DNA of 64,000 bases from assembly GCA_018830295.1 (NCBI GenBank), contig JAHJSM010000001.1, positions 1,980 to 65,979 of the forward strand. The letters run 5' to 3'. This DNA comes from Patescibacteria group bacterium (GTDB lineage Bacteria; Patescibacteriota; Minisyncoccia; Portnoybacterales; UBA2143). Below, in pieces: positions 29,801 to 38,000 of this stretch (positions within the stretch are counted from its first letter, which is position 1; each line of letters begins with the position of its first letter). Under the pieces are notes generated by a model. The model was not told where the DNA came from and made no database searches. It saw nothing but the letters and a program-made list of their open reading frames with translations. A program made the position numbers and the translations under genes.

Positions 29801-30351
29801 TTAGTGGTGATTGATAAAATTGTCGGCGCTGTCACATCAACAGTTGTTTTTGTATCAGTGTTAAATGTATAACCCTCATTTACATCTCTTGTCGCAACAC
29901 CCCATGTATATTCCGTGTCTACTGTAGGCGTTGGAGATGTAGCATTAAAAGCAACATTAACGCTATTGTCAGCAGTTAAAATACTATCGCTAAATACATC
30001 TGTCATGCAAACAGCTTGTAAACTAGAAGATTCTGAATCATTTGTCCACCCCGCAGGGCAAGAAATAGTGCTTGTGTCTATTAAAAAACCAGATCCACTT
30101 TCAACGCTTATAGTGATTTTATACACAGAATCCGCTCCATTATTCGTCACTGTAAATCCATAAGCATCAGTAGAACCGCCAGCAACAAATTCCGGCGCAG
30201 TAGTCGCTGTCGCCGTATGTTCCGCCAAAACAAAATTATAAACAAAAAAACCGCCCATGATTAAGACGGCAAACAAAATTAAAAAAGGCGACCACCTAAG
30301 CCCCCCCCCAGAAACTTTTTCCCTCCAACGAGAAATATGAGAATTATTCAT
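23824..30351 (-). CDS. Giant (2175 aa) secreted Ig-like repeat surface protein with beta-helix segment
   Basis: Many D..GN / D.TAP Ig-like repeats; IQEAIN.A..GDTI.V.AGTY.E beta-helix start; C-terminal paired GWNLI...GYW repeats. Confidence 0.85.
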   Translation of the reverse strand: MNNSHISRWREKVSGGGLRWSPFLILFAVLIMGGFFVYNFVLAEHTATATTAPEFVAGGSTDAYGFTVTNNGADSVYKITISVESGSGFLIDTSTISCPAGWTNDSESSSLQAVCMTDVFSDSILTADNSVNVAFNATSPTPTVDTEYTWGVATRDVNEGYTFNTDTKTTVDVTAPTILSITTKDTNGDGNVEMATIVFSEAVDDSTFSAGDFICGSAPVITIDTGGIVNDNTFDIVVENKATGTEAKVVVYTAGSGADMVGNPLASFSQTSTDEANPVLWSTRTKTINTIELAFSEDLDGTTDAIADFSVEGYTITGTSELNGVITLTLGTNFGTGETPNVGYVGDVKDLAGLSAPVASPITFDGIAPILETAVLTNSTTVELTFSEDDIGGYIDPLENITLKGINPTGFFINEFKDDVVVLTFGSDLGTSAITDDSEDLEIAVGAFEDNSKNALLQVENQDVSDGAKPTIVSVTANPSLAKVGDVTITVVFSEAMNSTAPTFSFTGIIGVIITQSDGAWSGNTWTEIFTLSDANEEATAIIIVSDAVDLATPGNVMDADSTGIFDVDTLEPTVTITLNDTALKVGETAAVTFAFSEVPTGFTVDDVTVIENGTLSNFTIDNGDAKIYTATLTPAIDIDDNENVITVGTNWTDVAGNAPVGPTSSASYDIDTFAPAITSVISNATTAGILKVGNTIIFTVTPTIPETGLVISPTVYNGGTLIWLTVDGTTYTATYTVEEDQLDQTSPLQLTGVTLTDLVGNIGGSINGIDVVKTIDANTPGAPTILATDINIVNSTMTITGTGEANAVVSYSVKDKEALEITGVSSVDGSENINITSIDVSALADGNLTASATLTDAAGNVSSAGISIATKDMIAPVVNITAPLTGAYVNSDTVITFATDSTNSQCSVDDTNWTVCASGVTKMSAIAEFSGVVEGASFTLYFKDADTSGNIGADSEGGIIKDTVVPATTLITSPVSPNGTSNWYVTQPTITLTCADDTSGCDKIYYKWGTSGTYAEYTGILTASEGTDTLYYYSVDVAGNDEEIANQTFKVDLTDPNVEAGTNKIVNALFTQDATVDDSVSGVASYLWTDVTTSGAGTITFGTPSTEDTTIEANGTNPDDTYTIRLTVVDNAGKSSSDTMTLVWDKTNPVISSFISPVADTVYIADIPLTFTATDANSVACSYTINGGTLIDVSCLGAMIPNANLNDGRNALVLSATDSAGNTVSKDSVSFVYNYNKILIVDVTFGTTDVDFINIQEAINKATEGDTINVSAGTYAENLTINKALNLVGAGKNITTINGNLEITANDVSVTEFTISAGGVLIDLPVGVTSVVISNNILVGQGASVGGRGVLFDRPGVYGVNITNNTIHDLTSGVYLGNSGSGIVNIENNEFYNNTAGIGAINYATVKLNYFHDNAEDIGIADYASNYLVQRNKFNSPVINYGSISQAFAENWWGSASGPIHADNPNGIGIGSLSGNFNYRPWCTNESCDLIDETAPIAILPDVVSPISSDEITLSVSGDQVVYYKYDLDDRGYGAETPFATAISETGLSEDSHIISVIGRDQAGNWQAEGSATTYTWTVDTVAPTISKIEVSPNSGTAKVGDTVILTITADAVGYTASVITVNSVDVTAPLVDNNDNTYTATYLVVEGNLDVASGAITASVILKDTAGNENIAYTTVTANTLAIDANTPVISSVTSDATGAGWLKIGDTVTFTVDVATTETGLTITPATYNGGNLTWTAVSGGDIYTATYTVEEGQSDQTTTLQLTGAQATDPAGNVSIAVDGSDVAKTIDANTPTVALLVFPSTLQGGSQYLIKWDAIDDNFSNAPIKLKYSDDNKYSWNDIVINTANDGEYSWLVPNVNSSKCYIKITVTDLAGNNIISQNVDAFGISVDSTSPTVELINPNGGENWQAGSVHNITWDASDNITAMGDLKTKLDYSKDGGTNWTTIIESDNNPQPFYQWTVPEEAIGENVAIRIIVTDEVGKEGSSARSISITEAVVEPTPICTDNGGGTWTCDIQLNTGWNLISLPVIFSNTDIATVLTGINDKIILVKYYNSGEWLNYVPGQVKTLTTMEDGKGYWVNMTNPAVLTVTGTEMPEFSNPSPTYEVVQGWNLIGLKSTSARMLSSTYLQSLTGSYILSDENNVNRTDDYMNSGEGYWLWMNQAGNIVTFNEK

Positions 30352-30536
30352 GATGTCTTTTTTGCAAACGCCTGACCAAGTAGAAAATAATTTTTCACTC
30401 GCGCCGAAAACGATTACAAAATTTTATTTATTAAATTTTAATTTTTACAAAAAACCAAAAAGTAAAATTCTAACTTAATTACATCCTATATTTTCAATCC
30501 TAAAATGTCAAGTGTTTTGGGCGCGATTGCTTGCTG

Positions 30537-30565
30537 AAAAGTGTTCAACCCTGAAGGTTGAACAC
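30537..30565 (-). terminator. Palindromic terminator-like repeat, copy 2
   Basis: Identical to 22294-22322; immediately after the AAA ATPase stop. Confidence 0.75.
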
Positions 30566-30566
30566 C

Positions 30567-31781
30567 TTATTTCTCCAACTGTCTAATATCAACAACTGGA
30601 ATGTTATTAATTTTTTCCTTAATCCTATTGATAGTGGCAATATAAAATTTTATTTTAGGATAGGTTTCAATAAATTTTTTATACTTATTCTTATTGAATT
30701 TCTCTGAATTTACTTTAACTTCGTAAGCTGTCTCTTCCTCAACCACAAAATCAACTTCGTGTTTCTGGATAGTTCGCCAAAATTTTATCTCTGAAAAATC
30801 ATACTTTTCCAACAACTCTCTATACAAAGCATTTTCTAAGAGCTGTCCTTTGTCTTCGCGCAAATCATAAGAATCTAAATTTTTTAATAAAAAATTTCTC
30901 AATCCCAAATCCAAAAAATAAACTTTTGGCATTTTAGTAATTTCCTTTCTTAAATTTCCGTAAAAAGGACTAACTAATCTGATATGAAATGACCTCTCCA
31001 TAATAGACAAATAGTCCTCTACCGTCGAACGGGATATTTTTAAGGTTGAGGCAAGTTCCGAACTATTAACCAAATTGCCAGTTTGAGAAGCCAAAATTCT
31101 CATTAAATTATAAAACACTTCTTCCTGTTTAATGTTGGCCTCAAAAATATCTTTTTTAATGTAAGAATGAACCAAGTCCCCTAAAACTTCTTTTTTCTGG
31201 GCTCTATCCGATAAAACAACTCTTGGATATCCGCCATAAGTTAAATACTCGCGGTAATATAAATCAACTTTCTCTTTTTCAGATAAACTAATTTTGTTAA
31301 AATTCTTTTTTGCCAAATCCTCTTTATTTTTAAATTTTAAAAACTCTCTAAAGGACAAAGGCAATAATCTAAAAATCTTTTTGCGGCCAACTAAAGAATC
31401 TTTAAATCTGCGGTCTATGTAAAAAGCAGATGAGCCAGTCGCGATAATTTTTATCTTTCCCTTATATTCATCATAAAAATATTTTAAGAAATTAGTCGGG
31501 TCATCAAGATATTGAACTTCATCAACTAAAACATAAGTTTTTTGTTTCAAATCAAAAGGAAAGATTTTAAAAAGATTTTTGGGCGTTTTTTTTAACAAAG
31601 AAAGATATTCATAATCCTCTAAGTTGAGAAAATGAACAGCATTGCCTTTTTCTTGAATAAAATCCTCTATTTGACGCAAAATAGTCGTCTTGCCAGATTG
31701 CCTCGGACCAATAATCAGCGCTATTTCGTTGTTGTCAATTTCTTTTTTAATTTTAATAGTCAAATCCCTTATAATACTCAT
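30567..31781 (-). CDS. AAA+ ATPase (AAA_14 + DUF4143)
   Basis: GPRQSGKT, VDEVQ, TGSS, GGYP, KVYFLDLGLRN, EVDFV...EVK. Confidence 0.92.
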   Translation of the reverse strand: MSIIRDLTIKIKKEIDNNEIALIIGPRQSGKTTILRQIEDFIQEKGNAVHFLNLEDYEYLSLLKKTPKNLFKIFPFDLKQKTYVLVDEVQYLDDPTNFLKYFYDEYKGKIKIIATGSSAFYIDRRFKDSLVGRKKIFRLLPLSFREFLKFKNKEDLAKKNFNKISLSEKEKVDLYYREYLTYGGYPRVVLSDRAQKKEVLGDLVHSYIKKDIFEANIKQEEVFYNLMRILASQTGNLVNSSELASTLKISRSTVEDYLSIMERSFHIRLVSPFYGNLRKEITKMPKVYFLDLGLRNFLLKNLDSYDLREDKGQLLENALYRELLEKYDFSEIKFWRTIQKHEVDFVVEEETAYEVKVNSEKFNKNKYKKFIETYPKIKFYIATINRIKEKINNIPVVDIRQLEK

Positions 31782-31910
31782 AAAAAATACTTTAATTTAA
31801 TTATTAACCTCATATTATCAGATATTATGTTCTTGTCAAGAGCATAATATCCACAAATTTTTAGACGCTATTTAGGGATTGGTATAAATAATGCGCCTTG
31901 CGCGGTTTTC

Positions 31911-32741
31911 CTATTTCAAATCTTTTATTTTGTTTCTTAAAATATCTTTAATATTTTTGCCCAATTTTTTTACAAACGCTATGTCGCTAATAAAATTTTC
32001 TAAATCCAAGGTAATGCTTTTATAGTCAATTTTTTCCACGATTGCCAGAAGTTTCTTCTTTAAATCATCAATTGTCTCCACCTCTTCAATACAATCTAAA
32101 TTAGGACTTATTCCCTGCTCTAAATACCACATCAAATCAAAATAGTCGCGACCCTTAACGCTAATTAACTTTTTTCCTTTTTTATCTGTCTTTCCCCATT
32201 TTCTGCGCAAAACGGCCTTGATTTTGGTCGCCATTAATGTCGGCAAATCAAAAGTTTTTATTAAAATAGATTTATTGTTTTTAAACAACGGCTTAATTTC
32301 AGTTTTGTATTTACGGCAAAAATTAAAATTCTTGAATATTTCTATTTTTAAATGTAAAAAATCAGATTCAGCGCCGCTTGATAATCCAAAATCTTTTAGA
32401 ATCGGAAATTTTAAGTATATTCTAAACTTCTGCGGTTTAATTGAAACAGAAAAATCTGTTTTTTTACAGAAAAAGTTTTTTAAATCATCAGCCAATTCTT
32501 CTATTGATACTTTTTTTTCAATATCAACAAAGTCAAGATCCTCGGAGAGTCGTGGCAGAGAATAGCATTGGGAAAGGCAAGAACCGCCATAGAACACCAA
32601 TTTATTATATTTTTCATTAGAATATATGTAGTCAAGCGCGAGAACCTGAAAATATTCCTTTAATAAGTTTCTTTTATATAAGTTTGATTTTTCAAAATTT
32701 TTTTTGATTATATCTTTGATAATTGTTTCTGTTTCGTTCAT
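31911..32741 (-). CDS. AbiEii nucleotidyltransferase toxin (type IV TA)
   Basis: F.GGS.L...Y.L.R.SEDLDF, K..A...R, KGRDYFDL.WY. Confidence 0.92.
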   Translation of the reverse strand: MNETETIIKDIIKKNFEKSNLYKRNLLKEYFQVLALDYIYSNEKYNKLVFYGGSCLSQCYSLPRLSEDLDFVDIEKKVSIEELADDLKNFFCKKTDFSVSIKPQKFRIYLKFPILKDFGLSSGAESDFLHLKIEIFKNFNFCRKYKTEIKPLFKNNKSILIKTFDLPTLMATKIKAVLRRKWGKTDKKGKKLISVKGRDYFDLMWYLEQGISPNLDCIEEVETIDDLKKKLLAIVEKIDYKSITLDLENFISDIAFVKKLGKNIKDILRNKIKDLK

Positions 32742-33406
32742 ATTCTTGATTTAAATAAATAATTAAATATGTCAGTCATTTTTTTACTGCTTTCTAATTT
32801 GACATATTTTTCCAATTCTTTAATATCTTTTTTTCTAAAATCGCCAAGATTAAGCCGCAGTTCTTTAACTGCCGTTTTATGTCGCAAAATATTTTTTCTT
32901 AAATACAAAAAATCAAATAATGCTTTCGCTAAACTGGCTTTTTTAATTAAGTACTCGCCTTTTCTATGAAGTTCAAAACCGATAAATAAATTTTCTTTAA
33001 TGTGATGATAATCAAAAAGTCCCAGTTTATTGGAAAACTTTTTTGTCTTTTTTTCGGTGATTAATGTGAAGCTGTTTGAGGTCTCGCTTAAAATATTATT
33101 TTTCCCAAGCGCGTATTCAAGGCTGATATAAGCGGGCTCATATAAAATATTAGCAATAAATTCCAAATATTCATTCATGCCATTGCTTTTTTCAATAAAT
33201 TCCAAATATTTTTTGGAAACATAAACTCCCTTTTTCAAAGAAATTACTTCGCCTTTTTTTGACAACCTGGACAATAATATTCTTAGATATTTTTTATTTT
33301 CTTCAATAACGGTTAAATTTTCAATACGAAAATAAGGCAAATTTTTTATCGCGCTTTTAATTTTTTCTGAACGAAAACCTTTGGATTTTTTATTTATTTT
33401 TACCAT
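32738..33406 (-). CDS. AbiEi-like antitoxin / transcriptional regulator
   Basis: wHTH L.RL.K.G....LKKGVY, PAYISLEYAL, A...KALFDFLYL; 4-nt overlap with toxin. Confidence 0.88.
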   Translation of the reverse strand: MVKINKKSKGFRSEKIKSAIKNLPYFRIENLTVIEENKKYLRILLSRLSKKGEVISLKKGVYVSKKYLEFIEKSNGMNEYLEFIANILYEPAYISLEYALGKNNILSETSNSFTLITEKKTKKFSNKLGLFDYHHIKENLFIGFELHRKGEYLIKKASLAKALFDFLYLRKNILRHKTAVKELRLNLGDFRKKDIKELEKYVKLESSKKMTDIFNYLFKSRI

Positions 33407-33412
33407 AAAACT

Positions 33413-33453
33413 TGTTTCTTATAATATACATATATTGTATATTATGAGAAACA
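33413..33453. promoter_or_regulatory. AbiE operator-like 18-bp inverted repeat
   Basis: TGTTTCTTATAATATACA-TATAT-TGTATATTATGAGAAACA (17/18 match), 6 nt upstream of abiEi start; AbiEi proteins are known to autorepress via promoter inverted repeats. Confidence 0.8.
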
Positions 33454-33458
33454 GATTG

Positions 33459-34751
33459 TCAACATTTATCCACGATTTTCTGAACCTGTCTCAAAACCGC
33501 CTTCTCGTCAACGCCTTGAATTTTTCCCTTTTCCATAACTATTTTCCCGTTGATGATTATTGTCTCCACATCGCTTCCTTGAGCGGCGTAAACTATATTT
33601 GAGACCAAATTATGGCAAGGTGTCAAACGCGGTTTTTCAAAATCAAGAATGATTATATCCGCCTTTTTGCCTTCTTCTAAGGAACCGAGTTCTTTTTCTA
33701 ATCCCAACGCTTTGGCTCCGTTGATTGTCGCCATATCTAAAACAGTTTGCGCGTCAGCAATGAGCGGATTAAGACGATACCCTTTGTGCGTCAAGGCGGC
33801 GACTTTCATTTCTCCAAACATATCCAAGCAATTATTTGAACAAGCGCCATCCGTCCCAAGACAAACATTCACGCCCGCTTCCATCATTTCTTCCAAGGGC
33901 ATTATTCCAGAACCCAGCTTCATGTTTGAAATCGGACAGTGCGCGACCGAGGCGCCCGAACGCGCTAAAATTTTAATTTCTTTTTTATTTAACCAACAAC
34001 AATGCGCTAAAAGCGTTTTTTCGTCCAAAATACCTGCCTCGTCCAGCGCTTCCACAGGCCTTTTTTTGTATTTTTTTAGCGAAAAATCAACCTCTTGTTT
34101 TGTTTCGCTTAAATGAGTTGTTAAAAGAAGATTGCGGCGGCGCGCGATTTCTTTCGCCTTTTTGTATGTCTTCAACGAGGTTGTCTGAAACATATGCGGC
34201 GCAAGCGCGTAATCGGTCAGACCGATTTTTGTTTTTGCTAATTTCTCAATTTTCCTGAAAGCATCCGCAGGGTTTTTGGAATAGAAAGAAGGAAAATCCA
34301 AAACAGCGCAACCAAGCGCGCCCCTCATTCCCACTTTTTGAGCCGCTTTTCCGACTTCGTCTTCGTGATAATAGAAATCGGTAAAATAGGTCGTTCCCGA
34401 TTTTACCATTTCCATGAGCGCTAAAAGAGAACCCCAATAGACCTCCTTTCGGCCGAACTTGGATTCAATTGGATAGATATAGTTTTGCCACCAATCCTCC
34501 AAAGACAAGTCGTCGGCATAGCCGCGCAAAAGAGACATCGCTAAGTGCGTATGCGCGTTAACTAAGCCAGGCAAAGCAACCCGTCCCCGCCCATCAATTA
34601 TTTTTTTCGCCTGGCTCCTGTATTTCTTTCCAATCTCCGCGCTCGCTCCAATTTCTTTTATCTTATTCCCGTTAATAAGAATTGCTCCGTTTTTAATAAT
34701 CTCTCGCTTTTTGTTTTGAGTGATAACATTAATGTTTTCAATTAAAATCAT
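33459..34751 (-). CDS. Amidohydrolase, MtaD/SAH-deaminase family
   Basis: [39 protein letters not shown]. Confidence 0.88.
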   Translation of the reverse strand: MILIENINVITQNKKREIIKNGAILINGNKIKEIGASAEIGKKYRSQAKKIIDGRGRVALPGLVNAHTHLAMSLLRGYADDLSLEDWWQNYIYPIESKFGRKEVYWGSLLALMEMVKSGTTYFTDFYYHEDEVGKAAQKVGMRGALGCAVLDFPSFYSKNPADAFRKIEKLAKTKIGLTDYALAPHMFQTTSLKTYKKAKEIARRRNLLLTTHLSETKQEVDFSLKKYKKRPVEALDEAGILDEKTLLAHCCWLNKKEIKILARSGASVAHCPISNMKLGSGIMPLEEMMEAGVNVCLGTDGACSNNCLDMFGEMKVAALTHKGYRLNPLIADAQTVLDMATINGAKALGLEKELGSLEEGKKADIIILDFEKPRLTPCHNLVSNIVYAAQGSDVETIIINGKIVMEKGKIQGVDEKAVLRQVQKIVDKC

Positions 34752-34754
34752 GGG

Positions 34755-35258
34755 TTATCTTAAATTCAATAACGCATCCAACTCTTCAATCACGGATTGC
34801 CTTTTATGATAATGAATAATATGGCAGATGTCACCGGCCTTTTTTCTCAAAAAATCAACAATGTCCCATCTGTCTTCAACATAAAAAGCGCAATTTGTCT
34901 CCTTAATTTTTTCCAGTTTGAATTTTTTATGCGAATCTCCGTTAGGGCAAAGATACAAATCGTGAAAGAAAATATTGTTCCTCTTTAAACAGTCGGTCAC
35001 ATCTGCTTCACACTCGGCGGAATGTCCAGAAATAGCCACTATTTTATAGCCCTTCTTTTTTAAATTTTTCAACAACTCTTTGATTTGGCTATTAATTTTC
35101 ATGCCGTCGTAAAAAAATTTTCTAAAAGCGTTTTTTCCTTTTAATTTACTCACCAAAAAATTAAAATCAATCCCTTTAATTAAGCCATAAAAAGGCACGG
35201 GCGGTCTAAAGACCACCCCATCTAAATCAAAACCGATAATATTTATTTTTCTCCCCAT
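34755..35258 (-). CDS. HAD-superfamily hydrolase
   Basis: FDLDGV, ISG, K, VED motifs. Confidence 0.75.
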   Translation of the reverse strand: MGRKINIIGFDLDGVVFRPPVPFYGLIKGIDFNFLVSKLKGKNAFRKFFYDGMKINSQIKELLKNLKKKGYKIVAISGHSAECEADVTDCLKRNNIFFHDLYLCPNGDSHKKFKLEKIKETNCAFYVEDRWDIVDFLRKKAGDICHIIHYHKRQSVIEELDALLNLR

Positions 35259-35908
35259 TTAAACATTTTAAAACTTTTTCTGTGGATTGGACATAAACCA
35301 AATTCTTTTAATTTTTCTGAATGTATTTTTGTTCCGTATCCTTTATGCCGCGCGAATTCGTATTGAGGATATTCTTGGTGAAATTTTCGCATCAAGCGGT
35401 CGCGGCTGACTTTGGCAATAATGGAAGCGAGAGAAACCAAGAAAATTTTTTTATCGGCGCCGACGATGGGCATCTGTGTTAGTCCATTATTGAACGCTGG
35501 TTTTGAACATCTGCAAAAACTGCCATCTAAATAGAAATTGCCGTCTAAAAACAAAAAATTCGGCTGGCAATCTAATTTCTTAAGACACCCATTCCACGCC
35601 GCGAGCGTCGCTTGCCAAATGTTAACTTTGTCAATAATCGCGGAATGAATAAAACTAACTTTCCATTCTATATTCGGATTTTTAATAATCGCGTCAAAAA
35701 CCTCTTCTCTTCTCTTTTCAGAAAGTTGTTTAGAATCAGTAATAAATTTGCCAGTTTCTCCAAAAGATATTTTCTCCAACGCGTCTTTTCTGACCGCCAC
35801 AACAGCAGCTGCCACCGGACCAGCCAACGCTCCCCTTCCCGCCTCATCAATTCCGGCAACCACATCATATCCGTCTCCAAAAACCTTTTTTTCTAAATCA
35901 GAAAACAT
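35243..35908 (-). CDS. rnhB: Ribonuclease HII
   Basis: GIDEAGRG.LAGPV, DSKQL, ASIIAKV.RD, HKGYGT, HRKSF. Confidence 0.97.
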   Translation of the reverse strand: MFSDLEKKVFGDGYDVVAGIDEAGRGALAGPVAAAVVAVRKDALEKISFGETGKFITDSKQLSEKRREEVFDAIIKNPNIEWKVSFIHSAIIDKVNIWQATLAAWNGCLKKLDCQPNFLFLDGNFYLDGSFCRCSKPAFNNGLTQMPIVGADKKIFLVSLASIIAKVSRDRLMRKFHQEYPQYEFARHKGYGTKIHSEKLKEFGLCPIHRKSFKMFKWGEK

Positions 35909-35913
35909 AATCT

Positions 35914-36873
35914 CTACTCCACCAAATTAGACGGCGTCTGACCTTCAAGCGAGGCAATAATATTTTGCGCTGCCATTTCCGACATTTTATTTCTCGTCCC
36001 AATCGTCGCCGAAGCGATATGTGGCGTTAAAATCGCGTTGTCTAATTCTATCAAACCGGGCGACAATTCGGGTTCGTTTTCAAAAACATCCAAAGCCGCG
36101 CCAGCAATCCCTTTATTTTTTAAAACTTCTACCAACGCCTTCTCATCAATAATCGGACCGCGCGAAGTATTAACCAAATAAGCAGTTGGCTTCATTAATT
36201 CCAGCCGTTCAGCATTAATCAAATGTTTTGTTTCGTCAGTCAAGGCAGTGTGCAAACTCACGAAATCCGCTTCTTTCAATAAATCATTAATTTCGCGATA
36301 TTCTATATTATGTTCTTTCTCTAATTCCTCATTTCTTTTTATATCATAATAGATAACTTTCATCTCAAAGCCCTTCATTAGTCGTTCCGCAACCGCGAAA
36401 CCAATCCTGCCTAAACCAACGATGCCAAGCGTCTTACCCTTGATATCGCCTCCTAAAAATAATTTCGGTCCCCACGCTTTGTATTTTCCCTCTCGCGTAT
36501 ATTTATCCCCCTCCGCGATTCTTTGCGCGACTGCTAAAATTAAACCAACCGCGTGGTCCGCGACCGTGTCCGTTAAAACACCGGGCGTATTTGTCACCAC
36601 CACTCCGCGCTTCTTCGCTTCCGCGACATCAATATTATTATATCCAACCGCGTAATTGGCGACTATTTTCAATTGCGAACCAGCCGCGTCCATGACTTCT
36701 CCATCAATTTTTTCTGTCAAAACGGAAAGAATGGCGTCAACCCCCTTTACTCCCTCTAACAAATCCTCTCGCGAAATACTTCCTTCGGGACCAACCAAAA
36801 CATCCCACCCCTTTTCCTCTAACAAATTAATCCCAACTTCGGGAATCTGTCGTGTCACAAATATTTTTGGCAT
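35914..36873 (-). CDS. D-glycerate dehydrogenase / glyoxylate reductase (D-2-hydroxyacid DH)
   Basis: AVGYNNID, TNTPGVLT, GLGRIG, NTSRG, DVFENEP, TPHIAS. Confidence 0.92.
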   Translation of the reverse strand: MPKIFVTRQIPEVGINLLEEKGWDVLVGPEGSISREDLLEGVKGVDAILSVLTEKIDGEVMDAAGSQLKIVANYAVGYNNIDVAEAKKRGVVVTNTPGVLTDTVADHAVGLILAVAQRIAEGDKYTREGKYKAWGPKLFLGGDIKGKTLGIVGLGRIGFAVAERLMKGFEMKVIYYDIKRNEELEKEHNIEYREINDLLKEADFVSLHTALTDETKHLINAERLELMKPTAYLVNTSRGPIIDEKALVEVLKNKGIAGAALDVFENEPELSPGLIELDNAILTPHIASATIGTRNKMSEMAAQNIIASLEGQTPSNLVE

Positions 36874-36896
36874 ATTATTATTTATTTATTAATTTA

Positions 36897-36962
36897 TTAT
36901 TTCTTCTTCAAGACCTTTTCAATTTCTTCAACCACTTGCGAAGGCGTCACATTGGACTTTAA
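36897..36962 (-). pseudogene. 3' remnant resembling a response-regulator receiver C-terminus
   Basis: LKSNVTPSQVVEEIEKVLKKK* with an in-frame stop shortly upstream and no convincing start. Confidence 0.4.
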
Positions 36963-37120
36963 GCCAATTCCTTTGAATTATAATAACATAATTAATAAAA
37001 TATACAAAACACTCTCCAAAAAAATGGCTGGTGTTGTTGTGAAAAATAATCTGGAAAGCGTAAAAAATTTGGAAATAAAAAGGACAGAGTTTATTAGACC
37101 TCTGCCCTTTTTGTTAAGAG

Positions 37121-37747
37121 TTAAAAGTTTATTTTAATTAGTGCTGTACAAAAACCGCCGCTTGTTTCCCAATCGCGATTGGTAAACATTTCAATATCTC
37201 CGCCATAACGATATCCTCCGCTAATACCAAGCACAATTTTAGAAACAACAGGAATGCTTGCCCCTACTTTAACATACCCACCCCAAGCGCCACCACTGTC
37301 CGATTCGGTGGATTCCGGATCTGAAACCTTAATATCAACAAGGCATAGGTACCCTCCTAACCCGGCATTTAAGGTAATTTTCTCCGCGATTTTATAAGAA
37401 AAAACAGGTCCCAAGGAAATATAATCCACGTCTACATCGGCCACCTCTTGATTTTCAGCAAGTAGATCAAGATCTGATTCGTCAAGCCTGAATCCAGACC
37501 AAGACGCTTCAATTCCGATACTATCAGTAATTTTAACTCCCATTCCTACATTAAGGCCTAGTTTGCCGTCAATATTAATATCAGATTTGTCATCAACCTT
37601 TAAGCTTCCGAAAAACATATATTCCGGACCGGCAAAGATGGTGACTCTTCCAAAATCTTCCTCGGCTCTTTCTTCTGCCAATGAGATTGGAACCGCAAAA
37701 CAAACTACCATAAACAACGCAAATACTAAAACTATAATCCTTTTCAT
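37121..37747 (-). CDS. Outer-membrane beta-barrel-like protein (OmpA/OmpW-type, about 8 strands)
   Basis: Signal peptide, alternating strands (GLNVGMGV, IGIEASW, LNAGLGGY, GGYVKVGA, GGYRY), terminal Phe; SD AAGGAGG. Confidence 0.75.
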   Translation of the reverse strand: MKRIIVLVFALFMVVCFAVPISLAEERAEEDFGRVTIFAGPEYMFFGSLKVDDKSDINIDGKLGLNVGMGVKITDSIGIEASWSGFRLDESDLDLLAENQEVADVDVDYISLGPVFSYKIAEKITLNAGLGGYLCLVDIKVSDPESTESDSGGAWGGYVKVGASIPVVSKIVLGISGGYRYGGDIEMFTNRDWETSGGFCTALIKINF

Positions 37748-38000
37748 AACAATGCCCTCCTTACAAGCATAATACTATTATTAATAAAAATAAAAAATCT
37801 GAACAAATTGTCTACCTCCTTTCATTTGCTTAAATTATTTCGTTAACAATAGCGAAAAATTTTAAAAGATCAGAAATTATAACAAAAAAAACATTAATCC
37901 AATGAATTCTTGTTTAATTTTGAATAAACACTATATTATAACTTAAATCTTGTCAAGTTTATTTAGTAATACGCAAAAACTTATGGCAGTTTTTCAAAAA

